A program made the translations under genes and the position numbers. From an uncultured Candidatus Saccharibacteria bacterium (lineage in GTDB: Bacteria; Patescibacteriota; Minisyncoccia; Phycocordibacterales; 2-02-FULL-43-11), in the NCBI GenBank assembly GCA_964348785.1, contig CAYGDO010000004.1, positions 21,082 to 85,081 of the forward strand: a stretch of 64,000 bases of DNA, read 5' to 3'. Shown piece by piece: positions 29,152 through 38,869 of this stretch (positions are counted from its first letter, which is position 1; each line of letters begins with the position of its first letter). The notes under the pieces were generated by a model that saw only the letters and a list, made by a program, of their open reading frames with translations, was not told the origin of the DNA and ran no database searches.

Positions 29152-30213
29152 TTATATAAATCTTTCCAAACTCTTTGGATTAAGAGAATAAAGGTAGGCG
29201 TTTTCTGCCGTGATTTCGCCCTTTCTTACAAGATCAGCCAAACATCTGTTCATATCTACCATTCCTCTTTGAGAGCCGGTTTCTATGGCGTTAGCAATTT
29301 CATGAGTCCTTTTCTCTCTTATCAAATTTGAAACCGCAGTGTCATTAATCAATAATTCATAAGCAGGAACAAGCCCTCCAGATATTCTTGGAATCAATCT
29401 TTGAGAAAAAATCCCAGTCAAACTCCCAGATAATTGAACTCTGACTTGATCTTGTTGTGTAGGAGGAAAACTATCTATAATTCTATCAATGGTCTGGCTA
29501 GCGTTATTGGTGTGGAGCGTGGAAAAAACCAAATGCCCAGTTTCAGCTGCAGTAACGGCAGCTGAAATCGTAGACAAGTCTCTCATCTCTCCTATCAAAA
29601 TTACATCCGCATCTTGTCTAAAAGTGCTTGTCAAAGCACTATAAAAATCATTTGTATCCTGCCTTACCTCTCTTTGATCAACAAAAGACGATTTGGGTTC
29701 AAAAATATATTCAATAGGGTCTTCAATGGTAATTATATGCTCAGCCCTATTTTCATTAATATGTTCCACCATCGCCGCAAGAGTTGTTGATTTTCCATGA
29801 CCCATTGGACCAACAACTAAAAAAAATCCTTGCTGTAATTGAGTAAAGGATTCCAAGATTTTAGGCAATCCAAGTTCAGCAATACTTCTGACTTTTTTGG
29901 GAATAAATCTCAAAGAAATTGCTACCCCGCCTTTTTGGAAATAACAATTACCTCTAAATCTTGCCTTGCCTTTAAAATCATAGGAAAAATCCACTTCTTT
30001 ACTGCTGAGAAAAAACTGTCGATCCTCATCTCTCAATGCGATCTCCATAAAAGATTTGGTGTCGTCTTTGGTTAAAGGTTTGTAATTTACAAGAGGAATT
30101 AAAAAACCCGATACCCTTATTATAGGGGGTCTTGATTCGGTCAAGTGAATATCTGAGCCACCCTCAGCAATCAAATGTTCCAATAAATTTTCAAACTCTT
30201 TTTTATATTCCAT
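29152..30213 (-). CDS. pilT: type IV pilus retraction ATPase PilT
   Basis: 353 aa. Walker A GPMGHGKST. Small PilT-size GspE-family ATPase. Confidence 0.85.
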   Translation of the reverse strand: MEYKKEFENLLEHLIAEGGSDIHLTESRPPIIRVSGFLIPLVNYKPLTKDDTKSFMEIALRDEDRQFFLSSKEVDFSYDFKGKARFRGNCYFQKGGVAISLRFIPKKVRSIAELGLPKILESFTQLQQGFFLVVGPMGHGKSTTLAAMVEHINENRAEHIITIEDPIEYIFEPKSSFVDQREVRQDTNDFYSALTSTFRQDADVILIGEMRDLSTISAAVTAAETGHLVFSTLHTNNASQTIDRIIDSFPPTQQDQVRVQLSGSLTGIFSQRLIPRISGGLVPAYELLINDTAVSNLIREKRTHEIANAIETGSQRGMVDMNRCLADLVRKGEITAENAYLYSLNPKSLERFI

Positions 30214-30221
30214 TTAAAAAA

Positions 30222-30614
30222 CTAACTATTCATTATCCCCACAACTTCTTTAACTACCTCTGAAGGAATTGTGCTAGCTTTTATTATGTAGCCAGAAACC
30301 CCCAGCTTTTTCCCCCTATCAATATCTGTCTGTTGGCTTTGATTAGTAAGAGCAATGAATTTTGATTTTTTCAATAAATTTTCACTATTAACGGCCTCCA
30401 TAAACTGAAATCCGTCCATAGCGGGCATTACAATATCAAAAATCACCGCATTATATTTTACATCTGACTTAAGCTTCTCCAGGGCATCTTTAGCATTAGT
30501 AACAGATTCAACATCATAACCAGAATTTTGAAACTTCAAAGAATACATCCCGAGTAAAAAATGATCGTCATCAACTATTAAAACTTTTTTTTTGGTTTCT
30601 TTTTGATTTTCCAT
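30222..30614 (-). CDS. response-regulator receiver domain protein (CheY-like)
   Basis: KVLIVDDDHFLLGMY ... DIVMPAMDGFQF. Stand-alone REC domain. Confidence 0.75.
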   Translation of the reverse strand: MENQKETKKKVLIVDDDHFLLGMYSLKFQNSGYDVESVTNAKDALEKLKSDVKYNAVIFDIVMPAMDGFQFMEAVNSENLLKKSKFIALTNQSQQTDIDRGKKLGVSGYIIKASTIPSEVVKEVVGIMNS

Positions 30615-30655
30615 TTTAATCTTTTATCTTTGATTTTTGATTTAATATTTTAATA

Positions 30656-32371
30656 TTATACCTTGTTTATCTCTGAAAAAGGTATCGTGCCTTCAAAAGC
30701 TTTAAAAAGAGCGTCCTCTTTCATAGTAAACATCCCCTGTCTTCTAACGACTTTCATAATATCGATATCGGTTGGATTTTTTAAAATCACTTGTTCTAAT
30801 TCTTTATTCATCTGCATAATTTCAAAAACGGCCGTCCTACCCTTTACACCCTTAGGACACTCTGGAGCCGGTACTGCTTCAAAAATATTTTCCGGTATTT
30901 TAACTTGTTGTCTTCTAAAATCGGGCAAATCTGAAAATGTTCTCTCGATCATAAGTTTTATACTGCCATCAACGGGTAGTGCTTTACCTGTTCCATACAT
31001 TAAAGAAACCAATCGCTGAGCAATGGCTAAAATCAAAGTAGGAGCAATAAGATATGGGTCCACACCCATATCCATAAGTCTTGGTATGACACCTGCGGCA
31101 TTATTTGTGTGAATTGTCGCAAGCACTAAATGTCCAGTAAGAGCAGCTTGAATTGCCAATTGAGCTGTTTCTTTGTCTCTAATCTCTCCCACCATTATCA
31201 CATCAGGATCTTGTCGAAGGGCCGTTCTCAAACCATTGGCAAAAGAATACCCAATCTCTGGTTTAATCTGAGACTGGTTCATGCTAGGAATGTTGTATTC
31301 AACAGGGTCTTCAAGACTCATAACATTTTCTGTTTCCAAATCAAGTTCCTTTATCATTGAATATAATGTCGTAGTCTTTCCGCTACCTGTCGGACCGGAA
31401 ATTAAAATGATGCCATATGGCCTTTTTATAGCTTCTTTAATTTTATCAACATTTTCCTTAGTCAAACCCATTTGATCTAAACTTTTCACACCCCTTGATG
31501 AATCCAAGATTCTCATAACAATTTTTTCACCATGATATGTGGGCAAAGTTGAGACACGAAAATCAATTTTTCGTCCTTGAATTTTTGCTGAAAACCGCCC
31601 ATCTTGAGGCTTTCTTCTTTCGTCCAAACGCATATTAGCTAAAATTTTAATTCTAGCCACCAAAGCATCGTGAACACTAATTGGTAACACCAAACTTGTA
31701 CCAAGAGCTCCGTCTACCCTAAACCTAACCCGCACCCTATCTTCCATAGGTTCTATATGTATATCAGAAGCGTCTCCTTCGGTGGCATAATGAACAATAG
31801 TGGCAACAATCTTAGTAACCGGAGCATCCTCCACAATTCTCATTTCACCACCATCTTTTACTTTAGCTATACCCTCAAGATCAAACTTGCTACCAGATTT
31901 CGGGGTCAATTCAGTCTCGAGTTCAGTCAACGCCTGCGTCACTTCCCCAGTCAAACTCCTATAAGATAAAAATATTTTTTCAAAATCAGCATAACTTATA
32001 AGATATGCTTTTATAGGCATTGAAACTCTTGAGGAGATAAAAGCTAAAGCATTTTGTGTTTCAATGTTTTCCGGCTCAACGACTCCAATCTCCAAGACAT
32101 TATTTTCAACACCAATCGGCACAATTTTATAAAATCTAGCCGATTCTTCTGGTACATAATTTAAGACATCATAAGAAATATCTTTTTCATCCATATCTTT
32201 AAAAGGCAAACCGAAATATTCACCTTTAGAATTTAAATAGTCTTTTTCGGAAACTCCATGTTGAACAAGTGTGGACTGTAAATCACCACTTTTTTTAGCT
32301 TCTTCTAAAATGGTGGGTATATCCTTTTCCTTAATTAAATTATTTTTTGCAAGAATATCTAAAACACTCAT
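30656..32371 (-). CDS. pilB: type IV pilus assembly ATPase PilB (GspE family)
   Basis: 571 aa. N-terminal GSPII domain, Walker A SGPTGSGKTTTLYS, Asp/His boxes. Confidence 0.88.
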   Translation of the reverse strand: MSVLDILAKNNLIKEKDIPTILEEAKKSGDLQSTLVQHGVSEKDYLNSKGEYFGLPFKDMDEKDISYDVLNYVPEESARFYKIVPIGVENNVLEIGVVEPENIETQNALAFISSRVSMPIKAYLISYADFEKIFLSYRSLTGEVTQALTELETELTPKSGSKFDLEGIAKVKDGGEMRIVEDAPVTKIVATIVHYATEGDASDIHIEPMEDRVRVRFRVDGALGTSLVLPISVHDALVARIKILANMRLDERRKPQDGRFSAKIQGRKIDFRVSTLPTYHGEKIVMRILDSSRGVKSLDQMGLTKENVDKIKEAIKRPYGIILISGPTGSGKTTTLYSMIKELDLETENVMSLEDPVEYNIPSMNQSQIKPEIGYSFANGLRTALRQDPDVIMVGEIRDKETAQLAIQAALTGHLVLATIHTNNAAGVIPRLMDMGVDPYLIAPTLILAIAQRLVSLMYGTGKALPVDGSIKLMIERTFSDLPDFRRQQVKIPENIFEAVPAPECPKGVKGRTAVFEIMQMNKELEQVILKNPTDIDIMKVVRRQGMFTMKEDALFKAFEGTIPFSEINKV

Positions 32372-32389
32372 AATAGATATTATATAACA

Positions 32390-32773
32390 TTATCTGCTTG
32401 TTTTATTATTAGTTTGTGTAGAACTTGGGATTTTGTCACTAACTGCGAATGGATCTCTACGTCCGACATTCTGTTTTGGAATAATAACTGTAAAATCCTG
32501 AAAAGATTGAAAAACTGGAGTACCTAAAAAAGTTGTATCTAATTTTATATTTTTTAATCTACTTAAAGAAACTAAAATCTGTCTACCTAAAATTTCTTCA
32601 ACAGGATCTGAGAACGCGAAACCAACTTGCAACTCCCCTTCTGGAGCAACTTTTTTTGATCCACCAAAAACTAAAAACAGAAAAATCCCTGCTACTAAAA
32701 CGCCTAAACCTGCAATAAAATATTTATTTTTAAATAATTGGCTGTTCATTGTTTTGACTAATTGGTACCTCAA
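32390..32773 (-). CDS. hypothetical single-TM protein
   Basis: 127 aa, one TM. Sits between the PilO-like gene (32730-33425) and pilB. Confidence 0.3.
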   Translation of the reverse strand: MRYQLVKTMNSQLFKNKYFIAGLGVLVAGIFLFLVFGGSKKVAPEGELQVGFAFSDPVEEILGRQILVSLSRLKNIKLDTTFLGTPVFQSFQDFTVIIPKQNVGRRDPFAVSDKIPSSTQTNNKTSR

Positions 32774-33425
32774 TAATATCAGGTAAAGAATACGACCTTA
32801 AAGTTATTTTGGCCGAGTAACCATTTGTAACGCTGGTTTTCGGCGTAGTGGATTGAGGCGTACTTGCCGAAGGCGATGCACTTGAAGCAGACGAAATGCC
32901 GACGGAAACCAATTCGACTAATCTTAAACTTTTTTCTAAATCACCAAAAAAAGACACTAAATTATCATAAGAACCAGTCACTTCAAAAGAAAGATCGACA
33001 AAGGGATATTTTGGAACAGAATTCAAATTTTGAATTTCGCCCGGACGAGAATATGAACTTGAATTTGATGAACTACTTTTATTTATTGATATACTCTTAA
33101 GCGACATACCATAAGCAGAAGATCTCTCAGTAAGATCAACAATAAGTCTTATGACATCAACCTCCAAAGGTAAAGACTTTACTAGCCTTTCTCTATCCTT
33201 TTCAGATATTAAATTATATTTAGTTTGCAACCCACCCTTTATATCCTCCACCTCTCTCATTCTATCAAAAGCTTGAGAATATTTTTCTATGTCCACCTTT
33301 AACTCTTTTATACTTTTATCTGGAAAATTCGAAGAACCAGTTTCTTTTTGATAAGTCGGTTTTGCATAACCCAATACTATGCCAAACGACATCAACAACA
33401 TTAATGCTGAAACAATATTATTCAT
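32730..33425 (-). CDS. PilO-like pilus assembly protein
   Basis: 231 aa with N-terminal TM, a coiled-coil, then a Ser-rich periplasmic domain. Confidence 0.4.
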   Translation of the reverse strand: MNNIVSALMLLMSFGIVLGYAKPTYQKETGSSNFPDKSIKELKVDIEKYSQAFDRMREVEDIKGGLQTKYNLISEKDRERLVKSLPLEVDVIRLIVDLTERSSAYGMSLKSISINKSSSSNSSSYSRPGEIQNLNSVPKYPFVDLSFEVTGSYDNLVSFFGDLEKSLRLVELVSVGISSASSASPSASTPQSTTPKTSVTNGYSAKITLRSYSLPDIIEVPISQNNEQPII

Positions 33426-33427
33426 AA

Positions 33428-34108
33428 TTAAAAATCTAACTCAAGATCAGCATCAAGGCTGGTCGGAATATCAGCATCATCAATATTATCAGCCCCATTC
33501 TCCGTATCGACCTTTTTTTCATCCACAAAATCTTTATAGTAAAAATGTTCTTTTTTTAAATTAGCCTTAAAATTAAACTTAACTGATCCATTATCCGCAA
33601 TAGAAAAACTGGAAAATGTTGGATCGAATATTTTAGGATAAGCATTTAAAACATCAGACTGGAGGGCTACAGATGCTGAATTTGGTGCCTCACCATCCAA
33701 ATCAATAACAGTCACACCGTTGCCATCATTTGAATATTTAAAGTTTGTAAATCTAACACTTTCCAAAGTGCTTTCTTCCAGCATAGAAAAAACTGGCAAA
33801 ATAGTTGTTTTGCTATTAACAAGTGTTTTCAAAGTCTCAATACTTGTATCTGTTTTAACAAGTTCATCAATCAAGTCCGCTTCAAAAGCACTTTTTTTCT
33901 TAACTAATTCCGAATTTATAGTTGAAATTTTTTTTACTAATATTTTCTGATATATAAAAACTGAGGTTGAAATCAAAACTGAAACAACCAAAAGAGAAAT
34001 AGAAATTATAGAAAAGATACTGTAACGATTTGTTATAGGTTGTTCTTTTTTCGTATATAACTCCCTCTTAGGTATAAAAGAAGTTTGATTGTTATCCATA
34101 ATAATCAA
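33428..34108 (-). CDS. PilN-like pilus assembly protein
   Basis: 226 aa. Short cytoplasmic N-terminus, one TM (IFSIISISLLVVSVLISTSVFIY), periplasmic domain. Directly downstream of pilM. Confidence 0.4.
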   Translation of the reverse strand: MIIMDNNQTSFIPKRELYTKKEQPITNRYSIFSIISISLLVVSVLISTSVFIYQKILVKKISTINSELVKKKSAFEADLIDELVKTDTSIETLKTLVNSKTTILPVFSMLEESTLESVRFTNFKYSNDGNGVTVIDLDGEAPNSASVALQSDVLNAYPKIFDPTFSSFSIADNGSVKFNFKANLKKEHFYYKDFVDEKKVDTENGADNIDDADIPTSLDADLELDF

Positions 34109-34147
34109 CTACAATTATAACCTTAAAACAAGAAAAAAGATAAAAAA

Positions 34148-35353
34148 TTAATCGCTAGACAACGCTCTAAGCCCTGCTCCAATAGCAACAGCAAAACTTG
34201 GGCCAACTTCTTTCAAAACATTTTCAAGAAAAGCGGGAGTATCTAAAACAGAAAAAGGGTCGGCGATTCTAATTTTATATTTCAAACTTTTTTCAAATAA
34301 TTCAGGCAAGCCTTTAAGACCGACTCCACCACCTGATAAGACTATTTCAGATACAATCCTATTATTCACCCTCTCATATTCAGAAGCGATCCTATCAACT
34401 TCAGCCACCATATAAGAAAGACTTCCCTCCATTATTTTACCCAAATCAACTCCTCCTCTCGCAATCGAAAGACCGGAATTCCTTTTCAACAACTCTGCCT
34501 CCGCAACTGCAATATTTAAAGACCTTGAAATAGCCAGAGTGAAGTCCTGAGAACCCACTGAGATTGTGTGAGACAATCGAACCACACCCTCATCAACCAC
34601 ATAAACTTTTGTTGCCGAAGCGCCGTGATCCACCACCAGGAAAGCGCCTAATCTGTCATTGATGCACGCCCTCACAGTGCTAAATGCTTCAACTTCAACA
34701 AACTTCTCTTTTATACCAGCACGAATAAATAACTCTTTCATTCTTAAAATCGAATCGGTATGAACCGCAACAATTAAAACTTTAGATATTTTTCTATCAG
34801 ATGTCGATTGTTTTGGTACAGATTCTTGAGGTGAAAAATTTTTTCCAACTTCACTTTTATCATCAGCCACCTTTGACCCTTCCCCCTCTCCAAAAGAACC
34901 GTATTCTGGTAAAACCTGCCAATCAAGAGAAATCTCTGACATAGAAACCGGAATGTATTTTCTTGCCTCTATAGCCACAATTTGATCGAAATTTTTATCG
35001 GACAAATTTGGTATGCTCGCAACAGTAATCAAACTAGAAGAAAGTGGAATGGAAATTCCAGACAAAATAACCCCATTATCCTCTTCTTTAACAATATCCT
35101 TTCTTGCCTCCTTAATAACATCTTTCAATGCTACAGATAAAGTATCATTTGGCAATTTAACAGATCTGCCAATCTCAACATCAGTATAGGGACCAAGTGC
35201 TACTTCTCCATAGGTCTCAAGTAACGCCTTACCATTTCTTTTTTTTAATTGTACTATCTTAATAGCTGAACCTCCGATATCAATACCCAAAACGCTCTCC
35301 TCTTTTTGAGAAACCATGCCTATAATATTCTCTAAGATACGAGGAAGATTCAT
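34148..35353 (-). CDS. pilM: type IV pilus assembly protein PilM (actin-like ATPase)
   Basis: LGIDIGGSAIKIVQLKK N-terminus, second nucleotide-binding motif VVDHGASATKVYVV, about 60-aa Glu/Ser-rich insertion. Confidence 0.75.
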   Translation of the reverse strand: MNLPRILENIIGMVSQKEESVLGIDIGGSAIKIVQLKKRNGKALLETYGEVALGPYTDVEIGRSVKLPNDTLSVALKDVIKEARKDIVKEEDNGVILSGISIPLSSSLITVASIPNLSDKNFDQIVAIEARKYIPVSMSEISLDWQVLPEYGSFGEGEGSKVADDKSEVGKNFSPQESVPKQSTSDRKISKVLIVAVHTDSILRMKELFIRAGIKEKFVEVEAFSTVRACINDRLGAFLVVDHGASATKVYVVDEGVVRLSHTISVGSQDFTLAISRSLNIAVAEAELLKRNSGLSIARGGVDLGKIMEGSLSYMVAEVDRIASEYERVNNRIVSEIVLSGGGVGLKGLPELFEKSLKYKIRIADPFSVLDTPAFLENVLKEVGPSFAVAIGAGLRALSSD

Positions 35354-35364
35354 ATATAATACAA

Positions 35365-36051
35365 TTGAATTATAACATAAATAAAATCTTTAGATTGTTG
35401 TTTAGTACGTTAAAAAAATCGTATTTGTTCATATTTGATTTTCTGTCACCCCCAAACAAAAAATACCTAAAAATAATTTCAATTTCACCAAAAAACTTCA
35501 TAAAAATAGCCAAAAAAATAAACATTGCAGAAAATTTTGAATCATTTTTCTCATATAAAGACGCAATTATCAAAGACTCATTACAACTTCTAAAATACGA
35601 CAAAAAAATAGACGTTGGAGTTCTTTTGGGGAAAGTGTGCTCCCCTTTCTTAGAAGAAAAACTAGAAAACTGGTTTATGTTCGAAAATTTTGATAAACCA
35701 ATTTTGTTACCTATACCAATTTCAAAAAATAAAATGGTAGAAAGAGGATTCAATCAATCTGAAATAATAGCCGAAGAAATTTTAAAAAATCTACCAGAAA
35801 AAATGCTTGAGGTAAACAATAAAGCTTTAAAAAAAATAAGAGAGACAAAAAATCAGGCCCTGACTAAAAGCAAAAAAGAAAGGCTGGAAAATCTAAAAGA
35901 TTGCTTCAGCGTTGATGAAAATGTCGTAAAAAATAGAAACGTAATAATATTTGATGATGTTATTACAACCGGAGCAACCACAGAAGAAGCTAGAAAAGTA
36001 ATTCAGAAAGCTGGAGCAAAAAAGATAAAAATAGTTTCTTTGGCTCATTAA
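35365..36051 (+). CDS. comF: ComF-family phosphoribosyltransferase-like competence protein (start uncertain)
   Basis: C-terminal PRTase motif NVIIFDDVITTGATTEEA and central ERGFNQSEIIAEEI typical of ComFC. The ORF-track start is a TTG only 11 bp from the divergent pilM start. Confidence 0.6.
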   Translation: MNYNINKIFRLLFSTLKKSYLFIFDFLSPPNKKYLKIISISPKNFIKIAKKINIAENFESFFSYKDAIIKDSLQLLKYDKKIDVGVLLGKVCSPFLEEKLENWFMFENFDKPILLPIPISKNKMVERGFNQSEIIAEEILKNLPEKMLEVNNKALKKIRETKNQALTKSKKERLENLKDCFSVDENVVKNRNVIIFDDVITTGATTEEARKVIQKAGAKKIKIVSLAH

Positions 36052-36104
36052 GATAGAAAACAAATTAAAAATATGATAGCGTATGGTTTGAAAGTTGAAA
36101 GTTT

Positions 36105-36193
36105 GGAGAGTTGGCTGAGTGGTCGAAAGCGCCTCACTGCTAACGAGGTAAGCCCGTTAAACGGCTTCGCGGGTTCGAATCCCGCACTCTCCG
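36105..36193 (+). tRNA. tRNA-Ser (anticodon GCU), type II with long variable arm
   Basis: Hand-folded. Acceptor GGAGAGT/ACTCTCC, 3-bp D-stem with 11-nt loop, anticodon stem CCTCA/CGAGG (A31-C39 mismatch) with loop CTGCTAA, variable arm AAGCC/GGCTT, T-arm GCGGGTTCGAATCCCGC. Confidence 0.78.
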
Positions 36194-36670
36194 TTTGAAC
36201 TCCGTGAAAACGGAGAGTGAACGAGCAAACTGCTTTGCTCGTGTCGGGATTCGAAAGATTTTCTATGTTTGTGAAAATTTCCATTTGAACAAACAAGAAA
36301 ATCACGCGACGTAGTCGAGAAACTCCCGCACTCTCCGTAATCAGCTCGCGCGAAAGCGTTAGCTTTCAAGCGAATTGCTGTTACGAGAGAGTGTGGGATT
36401 CGAAAGCGAACGTCGCAGTTTCCGGCGAGCACGCCGGACGACGTGAGCAGGGCCGAGAGGAATTTTGCATCGACGGAGGCAAAATGAGCTCTTGGCCTAA
36501 TCCCCCGCACTCTCCGTTTGAACTCCGTGAAAACGGAAAGTAGCGAGTGCCAAACGCACTCGCGGCGGGATTCGAAGCCCTTCTCCCATATTTTTGAGCG
36601 ATTCCTATCGGGAAAAAATGGGAAAGGGGTACTGCGGCTGTAAGCCGAGAAATTCCCGCACTCTCCGCCA
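36194..36670 (+). repeat. GC-rich tandem array of three tRNA-Ser-derived tRNA-like modules
   Basis: cccgcactctccg recurs at 36181, 36325, 36504 and 36655. Units at 36194-36337, 36338-36516 and 36517-36667. Units 1 and 3 start with the same 34-nt segment (tttgaactccgtgaaaacgga...) containing a GGAGAGT 5'-acceptor mimic, then a covarying hairpin (gagcaaa/tttgctc versus gcgagtgc/gcactcgc), then a gggattcgaa T-arm 5' half. ORF-track ORFs here are GC-rich artefacts. Confidence 0.65.
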
Positions 36671-36764
36671 AGATTTTTAAGGAGTGAGACGACTATAAAA
36701 ATTCAAGTGAAATTGCGTAATCACAAGCCCCAGCTAAAAATCTAAAAAATGATAGAATAAACTT

Positions 36765-36977
36765 ATGGAAAAATTTGAACCCAAAATGACTGATATGGAA
36801 ATTGTGTTGGAACTGATTCACCACATAGAGGAACCCTGCACAACACCAGAATTACCAGGACAAAGTCTAAGAGAAAGTCACATGCAATTGGCACGGATGT
36901 CGTTACCCAGCATTACCAACCCGTTTGCCAAAAAACTTCTAGAAGATACAATAAAAAAATACGAAGGGGCTGAATAA
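36765..36977 (+). CDS. hypothetical small acidic protein
   Basis: 70-aa ORF. No recognisable motif. Confidence 0.3.
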   Translation: MEKFEPKMTDMEIVLELIHHIEEPCTTPELPGQSLRESHMQLARMSLPSITNPFAKKLLEDTIKKYEGAE

Positions 36978-37048
36978 CTTAATTAGACTAAATTCTAAAA
37001 AAATGGTATTGTATTGCCTAACAACAATGCCTTTTGGTGTTGTAAAAT

Positions 37049-38611
37049 ATGGAATCAAAGACTATACAAAACTTCACAACAAAATATAACAGTCACCTAC
37101 TACACCAAGACAAAGAACATGATCAAGGGGGCGAAAAAATTCACGTTGATGAAATAGCTTCCAAGGTAGCAATTTTTTACGAAAAAATAAGAAACATAAT
37201 AGATTACAGAGAGGAACACCTCCTCCGAAAAAACACCATAGAAAGAATTTTGAGAAGAAGAGTTTTTCTTAAAGATTTTGATAAAAAATTTGCTGAACCA
37301 CTCATCAAGGAGCTTATTAGGTCTGGACATCTTTCTAATGATCAAGTTGAGGAAGCAAAAATAAAAGAAGTCCAAAAAATTATAGATAATCTCATATTTC
37401 TTATAGAAAATGCTGATTTTAAAGGACAGATAGAAAAAGAAAAGATGTCGAACTGGCTTATAAGCATTTCTGTCTCAGCCATAGAAGAAAAACTTGCCCC
37501 GCCAATCAAAGAAACTCTTCTTGCTGGATTTATGTTCGAAACCATAAAAGAGAAACTGGTTGTCAAAAATATAGGACTTACCGACCAAGACACCGATTTC
37601 CAACTATTTTTGGCCGTACAAAAAGCACTTTTTAGACCAGAAAAGGATCAGCTCCAGTTTAGATTGATGAAATTCGCTGGTTATGATTGGTGGAAATTTG
37701 AAACAGATGAAATAGGAAAAATTGCTGAAAGATTGCCTGGCATTAAACGCACCATAGAAAAAGCCATAACAAACAAAGAAAAAAAATACTTTCTTAAAAT
37801 GTGCTATCGAGAAAAAGCGATATTCCAAATGATTGGCGATTTAGTTTTTAGAGAAAAATTAATTGAGGATTCATGGAAACACTATCTAGAAGAAATATAT
37901 AAAGAAAGATTTGAAAAACAAAAACAGACCATAAAAAAAATTGCAATTTTGAGTATAATATCGTTTTTTATATCAAAAATATTGATTGCCTTAGCCATAG
38001 AAATCCCATTAGATTTATATATATTTAAATCATTTTCGATTGAAAGCGTGATCATCAATATAATACTCCCTCCCTTTCTTATGATGATTGTTGTTTTCTT
38101 TATAAAAATGCCCTCAAAAAATAATTTAAAACTAATAGAAAAAGAAATTGAGGAAATTTTAGAAAATAAAGAAAAAAAATATACAGTTTCAGCTCCAAAA
38201 AATAAAGGCTTTATAACAAACAGTTTAATGCATATCGCCTATTTTCTAACATTGGTACTGATTATTTACTTCTCTTCTCAAATACTTCACAAACTAAAAT
38301 TCAGCCCTCCAAGTATCGCTATTTTTCTAATCTTTACTTCCGTCGTCACAGCTACAGGTGTAAGAATACACAACCGAGCTAAAGAATTGAGTTTAGAGAA
38401 AAGTAAGCCTTCAATAATTAGTTTTTTTGGCGATCTTGTTGTGGTGCCATTTATGGTAATTGGAAAATGGACAATTAGCGGTCTGGCAAAATTCAATATT
38501 CTTGTAATAATCTTCAATTTTTTAATTGAACTACCTATACAACTTTTCGTAGAATTTATAGAAAATTTCAGAAGTTTCATAAAAGAAAAAAAAGAGGAAG
38601 GAAACATCTAA
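37049..38611 (+). CDS. hypothetical protein with about 300-aa soluble N-domain and C-terminal polytopic membrane domain
   Basis: 520 aa with at least five C-terminal TM helices. No recognisable catalytic motif. Confidence 0.5.
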   Translation: MESKTIQNFTTKYNSHLLHQDKEHDQGGEKIHVDEIASKVAIFYEKIRNIIDYREEHLLRKNTIERILRRRVFLKDFDKKFAEPLIKELIRSGHLSNDQVEEAKIKEVQKIIDNLIFLIENADFKGQIEKEKMSNWLISISVSAIEEKLAPPIKETLLAGFMFETIKEKLVVKNIGLTDQDTDFQLFLAVQKALFRPEKDQLQFRLMKFAGYDWWKFETDEIGKIAERLPGIKRTIEKAITNKEKKYFLKMCYREKAIFQMIGDLVFREKLIEDSWKHYLEEIYKERFEKQKQTIKKIAILSIISFFISKILIALAIEIPLDLYIFKSFSIESVIINIILPPFLMMIVVFFIKMPSKNNLKLIEKEIEEILENKEKKYTVSAPKNKGFITNSLMHIAYFLTLVLIIYFSSQILHKLKFSPPSIAIFLIFTSVVTATGVRIHNRAKELSLEKSKPSIISFFGDLVVVPFMVIGKWTISGLAKFNILVIIFNFLIELPIQLFVEFIENFRSFIKEKKEEGNI

Positions 38612-38869
38612 CCCTTCTTTTTGCCAGTCCATTAGGAGCAGGACGCGGGTAAAATATTTTTATTTCTCTTAATCTTAGATTAAAACTCCTAATATCAAAT
38701 TAATGTCCGTGACTTCTAACGGGATTGACTTTTAAGCCTTAATTTGCAAACATTACGGATGTAAGTTTTCTTTAGCGTTTCTTTCTTAGCCAAATCCGCC
38801 AAAAGCGACCAAAGCGTAGAGAGGTAGTGAAAAGAAAGCGGGTCGTTATTTTAAAGAAGAAACAAGAAA

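Noticed and set aside
36194-36670. Repeat array considered as a CRISPR array
   Set aside because: Unit lengths vary (about 145-180 nt), repeats are tRNA-derived, no cas genes are nearby and there is no regular repeat-spacer periodicity.
36048-36671. Three overlapping minus-strand ORFs (85, 117, 96 aa)
   Set aside because: They lie on the tRNA-Ser gene and its GC-rich tRNA-like repeat array. Long ORFs are expected by chance in GC-rich inserts, and no RBS or start context supports them.
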